DNA of 63,137 bases. It comes from a virus (Duplodnaviria; Caudoviricetes). Below the pieces are notes generated by a model. That model did not search any database, was not told the origin of the DNA, and saw nothing but the letters and a program-made list of their open reading frames with translations. The stretch spans positions 1-63,137 of the IMG/VR virus record IMGVR_UViG_3300010376_000008, one strand, 5' to 3'. Positions 1 to 8,474 of this stretch are shown piece after piece. Position 1 is the stretch's first letter. Each line of letters opens with the position of its first letter. Position numbers and translations under genes: made by a program.

Positions 1-135
1 GCTCCCTGGTGCCGCCCCGAGCCTCCCGGGCTCCCTGGTGCCGCCCCGAGCCTCCCGGGCTCCCTGGTGCCGCCCCGAGCCTCCCGGGCTCCCTGGTGCC
101 GCCGCCCCGAGCCTCCCGGGCTCCCTGGTGCCGCC
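1..135. repeat. 29-bp GC-rich tandem repeat (GCTCCCTGGTGCCGCCCCGAGCCTCCCGG), left part
   Basis: Units at 1-29, 30-58, 59-87, 88-119 (extra GCC) plus a partial unit. Confidence 0.97.
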
Positions 136-159
136 TCCACGAACCCCGCCAATCGCCCA

Positions 160-720
160 CTTTCCACAGATTTTTGTTTATATATTGTTGATATATAAGG
201 CTTTTTTAAACCTAGGAATAAAAAGGCTTCATCCTATTCACCAACTATTCACTTCTCAACTCTTTGTTTTTATTAATGTAATGAATAGAATGAATAGAAT
301 GAATATTTGAAAGAAGGTAATGTGGCTACAATATACTTTCTATATACGCCTTAATTTAAACATATTTGTTATAATTCGTATATATTGATGTGTTTTATTA
401 CTTTATATTACGATTTTTATATAGCAACTTCGCGCAAACCTTCACGCTATTCATTTTTTTACAACCCTTTGGGAAATAACGAGTTTTCGGTGAACCACTA
501 GGGTTCACTCACTATTCACAACTATTCACTTCTGGCGGCTTTTTACGGATTCTGCCATAAAAAAACCTACTTTAGATTTCAAAGCTCCTACAAATCTTAT
601 AATATACGATCTACAATTGCCCAAAATTTAGGCAGTTTTTGTAGCCGTCTCAACTACATTTTTCGCCACATTTCCACCACATTCCCCTATTACTTTATAT
701 AAAACCGCGCGCCCTCTTGA
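160..720. other. AT-rich non-coding region, candidate replication origin
   Basis: Sharp AT enrichment; TATTCA at 235, 246, 448, 513, 523 and inverted TGAATA at 282, 291, 300; AACTATTCACTTCT occurs twice. Confidence 0.6.
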
Positions 721-744
721 CAATATTTGTACTTCGTATAAGGT
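717..744 (+). promoter_or_regulatory. Sigma70-type early promoter
   Basis: TTGACA-N16-TAAGGT upstream of the + strand early genes; GTAGTC half-site at 748-753. Confidence 0.5.
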
Positions 745-861
745 CGTGTAGTCGCAACGGAGGAATCCATATATCATCTGCCACTATTTCCCCGGCATGG
801 TGGTGGAAGCGATCCGCGAGGCCCGCATCACGCTATGCGCCGTTCCCCGGCTCCGTTGTTC

Positions 862-924
862 GTGATCGCAGCCCGTGAGGCCTTGGGAAAGCCTCACGAC
901 CGGCGACCACCGCCTGAACGGAGA
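862..924 (+). promoter_or_regulatory. Conserved stem/internal-loop/hairpin element before RBS (copy 1)
   Basis: GTGATCGC-AGCC-[CGTGAGGC..GCCTCACG]-ACCG-GCGACCAC-cGCC..GGAGA. Confidence 0.65.
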
Positions 925-931
925 AACCACG

Positions 932-1714
932 ATGGAACACAATATCAAAGGCAAGCACATCATTGGCAACGCGCAGGTGTCCGGCGACGCGCAGGTGTCC
1001 GGCCACGCGCAGGTGTCCGGCAACGCGCGGGTGTCCGACGACGCGCAGGTGTCCGGCCACGCGCAGGTGTTCGGCAACGCGCGGGTGTCCGACGACGCGC
1101 AGGTGTCCGGCGCCGCGTTGGTGTTCGGCAACGCGCGGGTGTCCGGCGACGCGCAGGTGTCCGGCAACGCGCAGGTGTTCGACGCCGCGCGGGTGTCCGG
1201 CAACGCGCGGGTGTCCGACGACGCGCGGGTGTCCGGCGACGCGTGGGTGTCCGGCAACGCGCGGGTGTCCGGCAACGCGCGGGTGTCCGACGACGCGCGG
1301 GTGTCCGGCTACGCGCAGGTGTCCGGCCACGCGCAGGTGTCCGGCAACGCGCGGGTGTCCGGCAACGCGCGGGTGTCCGGCCACGCGCAGGTGTCCGGCA
1401 ACGCGTGGGTGTCCGGCAACGCGCGGGTGTCCAACGACGCGCGGGTGTCCGGCAACGCGTGGGTGTCCGGCAACGCGGTGGTAAAAAACAACGCAAGAAT
1501 TTATGGAATCATGCGATCGGACGGCTACTGCTTCACGTATCTGCCGTGCACCGACTCGCAATGGCGTGTGATTGCCGGCTGCCGCTATTTCACGATGGCG
1601 GAAGCCCGCGCCCACTGGCAGGCGACGCGCGGCGGGACGCCGCTCGGCGACGAGACCATGAAGATCCTCGACTGCTTGGAAATCCTGAAAACCGTCAAAC
1701 CAGATGGAGTCTGA
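932..1714 (+). CDS. Hexapeptide-repeat (left-handed beta-helix-like) protein
   Basis: GGAGA RBS then ATG 932; ~30 GNARVS-type units; C-terminal RSDGY..AGCRYFT..EAR.HW cap. Confidence 0.85.
   Translation: MEHNIKGKHIIGNAQVSGDAQVSGHAQVSGNARVSDDAQVSGHAQVFGNARVSDDAQVSGAALVFGNARVSGDAQVSGNAQVFDAARVSGNARVSDDARVSGDAWVSGNARVSGNARVSDDARVSGYAQVSGHAQVSGNARVSGNARVSGHAQVSGNAWVSGNARVSNDARVSGNAWVSGNAVVKNNARIYGIMRSDGYCFTYLPCTDSQWRVIAGCRYFTMAEARAHWQATRGGTPLGDETMKILDCLEILKTVKPDGV
965..1504 (+). repeat. 18-bp coding tandem repeat, ~30 copies
   Basis: Consensus GGCAACGCGCGGGTGTCC. Confidence 0.95.
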
Positions 1715-1716
1715 CA

Positions 1717-1824
1717 ATGGAAATCGCCCAATTCCTTACCGGCTGGGCTGACAGCCACGTGAGCTGGCCGTTCCTCGGCTTGTGCCTGTTCGTGTGGTGT
1801 TGTGCGCCAAGGTCTATCGGTTGA
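1717..1824 (+). CDS. Small hydrophobic peptide
   Basis: GGAG upstream; MEIAQFLTGW..PFLGLCLFVWCC. Confidence 0.4.
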   Translation: MEIAQFLTGWADSHVSWPFLGLCLFVWCCAPRSIG

Positions 1825-1837
1825 AAGGAACTTCAAA

Positions 1838-2026
1838 ATGTTCACCCTTCAAATATGGCGAAACCGCCAGCTGTTCGCCTCCTTCGAATTCTGCGACCTG
1901 AGCGAGATCAGCTGTCCGAAGCTGTGCGAGGCGATAGCCGTCTGCCTCCATCAGTTCGCCCCCCTCCGCGGCGCCGCCGTGGTGGTCGACCCCTTTGGAA
2001 TCTCGACAGTGATAGGGAGAACGTGA
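1838..2026 (+). CDS. Hypothetical early protein
   Basis: AAAGGA RBS, tiles with neighbours. Confidence 0.55.
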   Translation: MFTLQIWRNRQLFASFEFCDLSEISCPKLCEAIAVCLHQFAPLRGAAVVVDPFGISTVIGRT

Positions 2027-2027
2027 C

Positions 2028-2330
2028 ATGAAGCTTTTCGAGACTGAATTAACGGCGCGCGACTTGATGGCCGAATTCAGAATATCGGCAGATGGCGATT
2101 GGTGGGGCAACACGATGGGGTGGTGGTTCGCGGTCGCGGGAGAAATGTGGGAACGTGGTTTGCCCATTCCCGACAGCTGGCAATATCGCCCGTCACCGTT
2201 CGGCGGCAGGGACCCCGATGCTTACGAAACCGAGCCGTGCGAGCGAGCCACCGACCACGCCCTGATCCTGTTCGGCCGCGCCCTGCACCGCTATGCCGGC
2301 ATCCTCAAGAAAGCCGGGCAGGACTACTGA
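2028..2330 (+). CDS. Hypothetical early protein
   Basis: GGGAG RBS, 100 aa. Confidence 0.7.
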   Translation: MKLFETELTARDLMAEFRISADGDWWGNTMGWWFAVAGEMWERGLPIPDSWQYRPSPFGGRDPDAYETEPCERATDHALILFGRALHRYAGILKKAGQDY

Positions 2331-2359
2331 TTAAACGTGATATAGAGGGAGAACCTGAA

Positions 2360-2713
2360 ATGAACGGATTTCGTTTCTACGCCGACCTGCCTGGTACTTG
2401 GCGGCAACCGGAGCAACACGACAACCGATTCGTCGACGACATACCGGTGTTGTCGCTACGCACGACGATCAAGCAGCTGCGTGCCTACGCCGATGATGGC
2501 GGGTTGCTCAACGTGATTGCGCTCCTGCTTGGCAATGAGCACCGCTGCCACAACGGCGAACAAGAGGCGCTTGTTGCCACGTTCGGCCACGCCGATTCCG
2601 ACGTTTCGTTGGGCGCCGTTCCGCGTGACTACCTACATAAATGCCGACGCATTCCGGAGGAACTTGCCCGCAAGCTCCATCCGCGCCTGTTCGTTCGCTT
2701 AAACCAGGAATGA
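2360..2713 (+). CDS. Hypothetical early protein
   Basis: GAGGGAG RBS before ATG 2360. Confidence 0.7.
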   Translation: MNGFRFYADLPGTWRQPEQHDNRFVDDIPVLSLRTTIKQLRAYADDGGLLNVIALLLGNEHRCHNGEQEALVATFGHADSDVSLGAVPRDYLHKCRRIPEELARKLHPRLFVRLNQE

Positions 2714-2732
2714 TGGATTGCAGCCCCTAAAT

Positions 2733-2790
2733 GATCGCAGCCGATGCCGGTTGCGGCCGGCATCAACGGCGATCCTGCCGGCAAAGGAGA
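2733..2790 (+). promoter_or_regulatory. Conserved stem/internal-loop/hairpin element before RBS (copy 2)
   Basis: GATCGC-AGCC-[GATGCCGG..CCGGCATC]-AACG-GCGATC-ctGCC..GGAGA. Confidence 0.65.
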
Positions 2791-2796
2791 AATCGA

Positions 2797-3045
2797 ATGG
2801 AAATCCTCAAAGGCCACATATCCCCCGAAACCGCGTACCTCGTTGACGATTACCCCTACGGATTCCGCCTGCGCGACACTTACCGCGAAGGCGTGCCCGA
2901 GGCCGGCCGACCGATCGTCGACCAATGGGTGGCTGCGAAACTCGCCTACGATCGCGCCCGCCAGCCGGGTGACCCCTTGGAGGTTGGCCTCGTGGAAGCC
3001 CACAACTTTACGGCCTCGTCGACGGAATTCACGCCGTCAGAATAA
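2797..3045 (+). CDS. Hypothetical early protein (DDYPYGFRLR motif), possibly internally deleted
   Basis: AAAGGAGA RBS; motif recalled from longer phage proteins. Confidence 0.6.
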   Translation: MEILKGHISPETAYLVDDYPYGFRLRDTYREGVPEAGRPIVDQWVAAKLAYDRARQPGDPLEVGLVEAHNFTASSTEFTPSE

Positions 3046-3480
3046 CCCCGCCTTGGCGGCTGCCCACGCGGCCCCGACAGCGCCCGCACCCATCAGGACC
3101 GCGGGCGCTTTTTCCATGATGACGGCGCCAAGCTTGCCGGCTCCCACCAGCTGATCGCGCTCCCGCTGCAGCCCGTTCACCGCCACTTCCACCTTGGAAA
3201 GCGCCACCTCGATCTTGGCAATGCTCCCCTGCAGCATCGTCAACGCGGCCGGATTTTTCGCAGTCTCTATTAAAAGCGAGCCCACTTCCGCCTTGATGCC
3301 CATTCGTTCCCGCTGGGCTTCCTTGACGTCGTCGCGGATGATGCCGACGACCAGCTCCAGCGACGCGATGGCCACCCGTATGTCGCCGGTAAGCTTGGCC
3401 AGCTCGTCGACCGCGTCCAGGCGCTTGGCAAGCGCGAGCGCCGCCAGCTTGTCGGTGTCGTTGTTGGGGGTTCTAATCAC
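3037..3480 (-). CDS. Coiled-coil protein with C-terminal hydrophobic anchor
   Basis: Heptad-rich body, hydrophobic C-terminus; overlaps the HNH stop. Confidence 0.65.
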   Translation of the reverse strand: MIRTPNNDTDKLAALALAKRLDAVDELAKLTGDIRVAIASLELVVGIIRDDVKEAQRERMGIKAEVGSLLIETAKNPAALTMLQGSIAKIEVALSKVEVAVNGLQRERDQLVGAGKLGAVIMEKAPAVLMGAGAVGAAWAAAKAGLF

Positions 3481-3865
3481 GAGGCCTCGCAGGACGAAAC
3501 AGGCGGTTCTCGGCGTTCTGCCGCGGCGTCACCCACCGCAAGTTTGCCTGAATGCAGTTGAACGTGTCGCGGTCGATATGGTCGACGATCGTGTGCCGGC
3601 GCGACGGGGGCCGCAGCTCTGCCAGGCGGACCACTTCAAGGTGCAGGTAAACGGTGTAGACGCCGGTCCCCCCGTTGTGGGGGCCGTTCCCAGCCGCTCG
3701 CCGGAAGTACCCGGCCGTGTATAAGTCGGGGCGAATGTTCCATTTGTGGCGAGCCAGGAGCGGAAAATAAATCGCGTCCACGATCGCAAAGCGTTCGCCG
3801 TCGGGGTCGTACACCCTGCAGGTCTGTGGAAATTCGCCCCACGTGTTGGGATTCCAGAAATCCAT
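3473..3865 (-). CDS. HNH homing-endonuclease-like protein
   Basis: IVDHIDRDTFNCIQANLRWVTPRQNAEN. Confidence 0.8.
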   Translation of the reverse strand: MDFWNPNTWGEFPQTCRVYDPDGERFAIVDAIYFPLLARHKWNIRPDLYTAGYFRRAAGNGPHNGGTGVYTVYLHLEVVRLAELRPPSRRHTIVDHIDRDTFNCIQANLRWVTPRQNAENRLFRPARPRD

Positions 3866-3867
3866 AT

Positions 3868-6315
3868 TTACCCGCGCGCCCGCCATTCGGTGGTTTCTTC
3901 CCACTTCCATTTTCCGTACCGCTTTTCCCACCCCGCGCGCATTTCCCCCAGCGGTGGCAGGCGCCAATGGTTTCCGTCGTTTTTATGTATTTTTATTCCG
4001 CCCCACTCCTTCAGGAACCTTGACAGGGCGATCTGCGAGAAGTCCCGCAGGCCCGAATGGTGCTGGCGGACGCAATTCCACAACCATTCCATCCGGCTGG
4101 AATCGCCCGCGACCCCCGGCAACTCGCCCTCTTGCAAGATACCTTCCAGCCACGCGTGCAACGGGTCGAGGCTTCTGAGTTTTTGCTCCCGCAAGGCTTC
4201 CGTCTGCAGGATCTCCCGTGGGTGCCACCCGTCCAGCTCCATCCGGTTTAAATCGTACAGCATGGCCGCGAGGCCGCCGTTTTTCATCTCGTGGGATATC
4301 GGGTCGAACCACGATTTATTTTGCATATATTTTTCGCTTATATCGAACACCGCGTACCGTCTTGCCGAATGCGAGGCCGGCACCACCCACTTGGCGTTCG
4401 CGGTCATCATCACGTGCAGCCGGTTTGGCCAGTTGACCACATCGTGGCCCTTTTGCTCGATCGGGATGGTAGGCTCCGTGATCAGCCCCTTGAGCACCGA
4501 TTCGCCCTGCTTGTCGCCGGCCCAGAAGGCCTCGTCGGCGTAGAGCAACAGGCACGACCGCATGTGGGCGTTGAAATTCCCTATTAAATGCCGCCTATTA
4601 TAGACCTGCAGCCCGTGCGGCCCGAACATCGCCCGCAAGGCGCGGCAGAACATCCCCTTGCCGGTGCCTTCGTCACCGCGCAGCACGAGCGCGACGCCGG
4701 CCGGCTCTCCAGGGTTCTGCACCGCCCAGGCGGCCCACCGGACGATGTATTCAAGCGACGCGCGGTCGCCGGACGCCACCACCTCGGCAAGGTGGCGCTT
4801 CATCGCACGCCATTCTCCCGGCTTTGATTCGACGCCCCAGCCGCGCCAGAGGTTCACGACGTCGCCCGGCAGGATCGCGGGGGCGGCCGGCCGCAAGTCC
4901 AGGCCCGCGAATGTGCGCCGCTGCGGCCACTTGAGCCACTCGGCGCCGAGCGGCTTCCACTTTCCCTGCTGGAATACGTATTCGTGGGAGTGCAGCTCTG
5001 CGAAGCTCTTGAAGCTCTCGAGCGACGGTACCGCGGTGCCGGGGTCGACGGTCGAGGGGATCCAGTTCAGCACCAGCGTCTTGCCCCCCACATGCCCGAC
5101 GACCGCGCACCCTTCATTTAACCGGATTAACGGGACGTCGGCCGGATTGACCGGTGGCACTGCCGTCATGGCGGGCGGGAGCTGGTGGCCGTTAACTATT
5201 CCGTTTCCGCCGATCACCCCGTTGTTCACCGTTTGATCAGGGGGCGACACCGGCGTCTCCCCCCCGCTACCACCTTGTTCCTGATTCGCCCCAACAGGCG
5301 CCCCGGCCCCCGGATCCCCGCTTGTCAGGCGGGCGAGCAATGGCTCCGGGGGCCGCGCGGCGTATTCGCTCTTTCCTTCTGGGATTCGCGATATATGAGC
5401 ATCACCCCCTTTCGGCTGGCCCCACCCCCTGATTCTGGCCTCGTGGAACAGCGAGCCGATCGTTACGCCGGCTCGCCTGAAGGATTTCCACCTGGTTTCA
5501 AGATCGTGGATTCCCACGAATTTGTGCCGGGCAGTTTCGGACCATTCCAGCCATAGGTCGAACCCGATATCACCCTCGTTCCCCTCCCATCCGAGGCTGT
5601 GCAGGGCCATTCCGACCCGCAGCCACGTGTCGCGCTCGCAGTCGGCCGGGATCGCGGCGAGCGCCGAGCGGATTTCCGCTTCCTGCCAGCCATCCCACGG
5701 GGTTTTTATATTGTTGGTAAGGACTTGTGCCCTGCCACTAAGGTGCGCCGGGGTTTTCCCTAGTTCGCTTATTAATCCTTTTTTATTATCGCCTTCCCCG
5801 AATTCATTACACCAATCTTCGAACCACGCCGGCAGATTGCTTAAAGGATTGCCGTTAAGCCATTGATAGCGGACTCCCGACGGGTGCAGGCTTGGAGGTA
5901 GGATTACGTAACCCCCTGAACCCCTTACCAGCAATCCCTGCACTTTTTTAGTCGTATTATATTCACCTTTAAAGTAAAGGTGGAACCCGCGCCCCGTCCG
6001 GACGACCGCAGTTGCGGCGAGCTTCCCGCGCTGCGCTGCGATTGCTTTGAGGCCGGCGGCTTCCGCCTCCCCGTCGACATCGATCACTACCAGCCCGCCG
6101 CCCGTGGCGAGCCCGATGTTGGCATCGGGCCATCGGGTCCACCAGGCTGCCACCTGATTCGGATCGGCGGTGGCGTGCTTCTGCCACGCCTTGATTCGCG
6201 GGTGCTTGCCGGGCGTGCCGCAGTTTCTGCCGCAGCTGCAGGCACCGCCGACGCTGACGTGGACCGGGAACACCCGCCAGCCGCGCCCGGCGTATTGTAG
6301 GGCGTGATCGAGCAC
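3868..6315 (-). CDS. Bifunctional primase-polymerase with PriCT-2 and C-terminal NTPase/helicase domain
   Basis: Prim-pol motifs (GWRVFP, ANIGLATG, VIDVD, TGRGFHLYF, GYVILPPSLHPSG); PriCT RDTWLRVGMALH; Walker A GDEGTGKG; YADE. Confidence 0.92.
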   Translation of the reverse strand: MLDHALQYAGRGWRVFPVHVSVGGACSCGRNCGTPGKHPRIKAWQKHATADPNQVAAWWTRWPDANIGLATGGGLVVIDVDGEAEAAGLKAIAAQRGKLAATAVVRTGRGFHLYFKGEYNTTKKVQGLLVRGSGGYVILPPSLHPSGVRYQWLNGNPLSNLPAWFEDWCNEFGEGDNKKGLISELGKTPAHLSGRAQVLTNNIKTPWDGWQEAEIRSALAAIPADCERDTWLRVGMALHSLGWEGNEGDIGFDLWLEWSETARHKFVGIHDLETRWKSFRRAGVTIGSLFHEARIRGWGQPKGGDAHISRIPEGKSEYAARPPEPLLARLTSGDPGAGAPVGANQEQGGSGGETPVSPPDQTVNNGVIGGNGIVNGHQLPPAMTAVPPVNPADVPLIRLNEGCAVVGHVGGKTLVLNWIPSTVDPGTAVPSLESFKSFAELHSHEYVFQQGKWKPLGAEWLKWPQRRTFAGLDLRPAAPAILPGDVVNLWRGWGVESKPGEWRAMKRHLAEVVASGDRASLEYIVRWAAWAVQNPGEPAGVALVLRGDEGTGKGMFCRALRAMFGPHGLQVYNRRHLIGNFNAHMRSCLLLYADEAFWAGDKQGESVLKGLITEPTIPIEQKGHDVVNWPNRLHVMMTANAKWVVPASHSARRYAVFDISEKYMQNKSWFDPISHEMKNGGLAAMLYDLNRMELDGWHPREILQTEALREQKLRSLDPLHAWLEGILQEGELPGVAGDSSRMEWLWNCVRQHHSGLRDFSQIALSRFLKEWGGIKIHKNDGNHWRLPPLGEMRAGWEKRYGKWKWEETTEWRARG

Positions 6316-6319
6316 GGCC

Positions 6320-6367
6320 CTATCTCTTGCGCAATCCGGACGTGCGTGCTATTGGTCGCGCGACCAT
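6320..6367 (-). CDS. Unannotated 15-aa leader peptide MVARPIARTSGLRKR upstream of primase
   Basis: Perfect SD AAAGGAGGTG 6 nt before ATG; TAG ends 4 nt before the primase GTG. Confidence 0.65.
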   Translation of the reverse strand: MVARPIARTSGLRKR

Positions 6368-6433
6368 TTTGGTCACCTCCTTTGACAGGCTTGGTTTCCC
6401 TTGAAGGCCGCCCACCAGCGGCCTTTCTCTTTT
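6361..6433 (+). ncRNA. Putative ~70-nt antisense (countertranscript) RNA over the leader RBS
   Basis: Promoter TTGCGC(6327)-N17-TATTGG(6350) with extended TG; hairpin GACCA-TTT-TGGTC; terminator AAGGCCGC-CCACCA-GCGGCCTT-TCTCTTTT. Confidence 0.6.
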
Positions 6434-6508
6434 AGCCTGCGCTCGCCGACACCCTTTCGTCAAGTATGCAGTTTTGTCGACACACGGGGTTACCGCGTAA
6501 TAATTTTC

Positions 6509-6538
6509 TTGACTACCCCAGACTACATTTGCTAGTTA
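6509..6538 (+). promoter_or_regulatory. Promoter of replication operon with tandem GACTAC half-sites
   Basis: TTGACT-N16-GCTAGTTA; GACTAC at 6511 and 6521. Confidence 0.6.
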
Positions 6539-6544
6539 TTAAGC

Positions 6545-6763
6545 ATGACCCCGGTCAACGAACGCATTCAAGAAATCGCCAAGCGGCTTTCTGCGGAACT
6601 GTCTGTTCTCGGTCGGGAGGCGGACAATAATAATTCGGCAGTTATTAGACTTATAGACGATTTGATCAACGCCAGAATAGAACAAGCGTTTGATTGTTTC
6701 GGCAAGCTTTTGGCGGATAAAATAGTAAAACGACTTTCTGACGAGAAAAGGCCGGTTCCATGA
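6545..6763 (+). CDS. Hypothetical protein
   Basis: First ORF after promoter; ATGA overlap with next. Confidence 0.7.
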   Translation: MTPVNERIQEIAKRLSAELSVLGREADNNNSAVIRLIDDLINARIEQAFDCFGKLLADKIVKRLSDEKRPVP

Positions 6764-7005
6764 CCGAGCACGACAAGGCAAAGGCGTGGCGCGAAGCGCG
6801 CGGGCTCTCGATCGAGCAGCTGTCGAATTTATCCGGCTACGCCAAGCAGACGCTCTACTGGATGGAGCGCGGCGAGGCGCCGCCGCACGCGCGCGGGAAG
6901 AAACCGCAGCCGGTCAGCGAATTCGTGTGGCAGCGGTACCGCAACGTCTGTGCCGGCGTGGACGCGCAGTTGAGGGCCAAGCGGAATTTCAATTGGGGAA
7001 TATGA
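6760..7005 (+). CDS. XRE/Cro-like HTH regulator
   Basis: KAWREARGLSIEQLSNLSGYAKQTLYWMERGEAPP. Confidence 0.85.
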   Translation: MTEHDKAKAWREARGLSIEQLSNLSGYAKQTLYWMERGEAPPHARGKKPQPVSEFVWQRYRNVCAGVDAQLRAKRNFNWGI

Positions 7006-7006
7006 C

Positions 7007-7207
7007 ATGAGCCGCAAGCGCAAACTCACCGACGAAGAATTACGAGCGGCCGACGACATACAGGCCGAAATCGAGAGGGCCTACCGGGAGAGTCGGCAAG
7101 ACGAGTGCATCACCCGGGGAGAAATTGTTGAAGTTCTTCGGCGCATTGCCACAGAGCTTCCCGCCAGCGGCCATCTGCTCCGGAGGCTGGCGGGCGAATT
7201 GGAGTGA
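7007..7207 (+). CDS. Hypothetical protein
   Basis: Tiling, GGGGA RBS. Confidence 0.65.
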   Translation: MSRKRKLTDEELRAADDIQAEIERAYRESRQDECITRGEIVEVLRRIATELPASGHLLRRLAGELE

Positions 7208-7386
7208 TCCGAATGTTGAACGCTATAGCGATTATTTCTTTTACACTTTTTATTATCTGCCTGTTCATGTGGGCAAACGCTCCCACGTGCGAGCCCGGTT
7301 ATGTGCCGACTCTCACCAGCCCGACCGTGTGGGCTTGCGTGCAAGGATATCCCGTGGAACGCGGATTGATTCATTAGGAGGACGAC

Positions 7387-7617
7387 ATGAGAGTCAAGGC
7401 GGAACTGGACAGTTACGAGAACGTCAATTTCATCATCACGATCAACGCCAAGGTTTCCGACTGGCGGTCGACGATCGAGCAAATCGACGAGTTGTGCAAG
7501 GCGGCGCGACGCGATGGTGTGGACTGGCCGCTGAGCGCACTCCACGCCTGCATTCACCGGATGCTGTTCGATCTCGACAAGACGCACGCCGACGTGCTGG
7601 AAAGGCCGGAAAAATGA
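7387..7617 (+). CDS. Hypothetical protein
   Basis: AGGAG RBS. Confidence 0.7.
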   Translation: MRVKAELDSYENVNFIITINAKVSDWRSTIEQIDELCKAARRDGVDWPLSALHACIHRMLFDLDKTHADVLERPEK

Positions 7618-8099
7618 TCCGCATCGGCCCCCTGGAGATCGACCGCAAGAATTTCACGGTCCGCCGCGGTAATACCGTCCTGGTGTTCGCCCCGAACGGC
7701 GGCCGGCCGCCCAAGCGCCCGCGGCGCCGGGTTTTTGTCGACGGCGAATACGTGGAAATCCCGAAATTATCTTGTTGGGTCCGAACGGGCGCCGAGTCAC
7801 TTGTCAGCTTCCGGCTTCTCTGCCACCTCCTGCTGGCCGGCCCGCGGACGTGTGAGGAACTGTTCGAGTTGATCTATGCGGATTGCGAGTCGGGCGGGCC
7901 GCTTGCCGGCTCGCACGTGATTCACATCTTCATGCACCGCCTCAAGTCTGCCTGTCGCGAGCTGTCGCTGGAATTGCAGAAAAGCCGGCGGGCCGGCCGT
8001 CACGCCTATGCGATCGTGCCGCGCGAGATCGACGCGGTCCCCGATGCCCGCCGCTTGCGCCTGTCGCGCTACGGGATCGTGGTGGAGATGACGGCATGA
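7614..8099 (+). CDS. Stand-alone OmpR/PhoB-type winged-helix DNA-binding protein
   Basis: IRIGPLEID..TVRRG..FRLLCHLL..EELFELIY..VIHIFMHRLK..Y pattern; no receiver domain. Confidence 0.65.
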   Translation: MIRIGPLEIDRKNFTVRRGNTVLVFAPNGGRPPKRPRRRVFVDGEYVEIPKLSCWVRTGAESLVSFRLLCHLLLAGPRTCEELFELIYADCESGGPLAGSHVIHIFMHRLKSACRELSLELQKSRRAGRHAYAIVPREIDAVPDARRLRLSRYGIVVEMTA

Positions 8100-8272
8100 A
8101 CGAGTGGCAAGCGTTCATGCGCTATTGGTCGCGGATGACACGCCGGTCGCAAGATCGGATGCGCCAGCAGTTGTTAAACAACCTCTATGACTACAACCCC
8201 GGCGAAATTGACCGCTGGGCCGATGACGGCGGCGTGGAGGTACAAATAAATGTCAACTACAATCAAACTTGA
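8096..8272 (+). CDS. Hypothetical protein
   Basis: ATGA overlap. Confidence 0.5.
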   Translation: MNEWQAFMRYWSRMTRRSQDRMRQQLLNNLYDYNPGEIDRWADDGGVEVQINVNYNQT

Positions 8273-8474
8273 ACTGACTTCGCGCGGTTTTACGCGGGGT
8301 GAATTTATAGATAGTTTCGGAGAAAAGTGCAGCATCCAAAAATCGTCCCTCGCTACGGAAGATTGCATTTGGCTCGGCTGCGATGAGGGACCGAATCGAA
8401 TGCATCTGACTCGCGATATGGCTGCGAATCTCGTGGTGCATATTCAGAGGTTTGTCGAAACCGGCAATCTATAA
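8250..8474 (+). CDS. Conserved phage hypothetical protein
   Basis: RGF..EF.D..G.KCSIQKSSLATEDCIWLG..RMHLTR pattern; GGAGG RBS. Confidence 0.75.
   Translation: MSTTIKLELTSRGFTRGEFIDSFGEKCSIQKSSLATEDCIWLGCDEGPNRMHLTRDMAANLVVHIQRFVETGNL

Noticed and set aside
1-135. Tandem array as a CRISPR array
   Set aside because: Units are contiguous with no unique spacers, and there is no cas operon
9-310. ORFs starting in the terminal repeat
   Set aside because: Translations of repeat and AT-rich origin-like DNA with no RBS
965-1504. Diversity-generating retroelement
   Set aside because: No reverse transcriptase or TR/VR pair seen; variation is not adenine-specific
784-1824. Multiple long overlapping ORFs in other frames
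   Set aside because: Shadows of the stop-free 18-bp repeat; only the frame starting at 932 has an RBS and a sensible product
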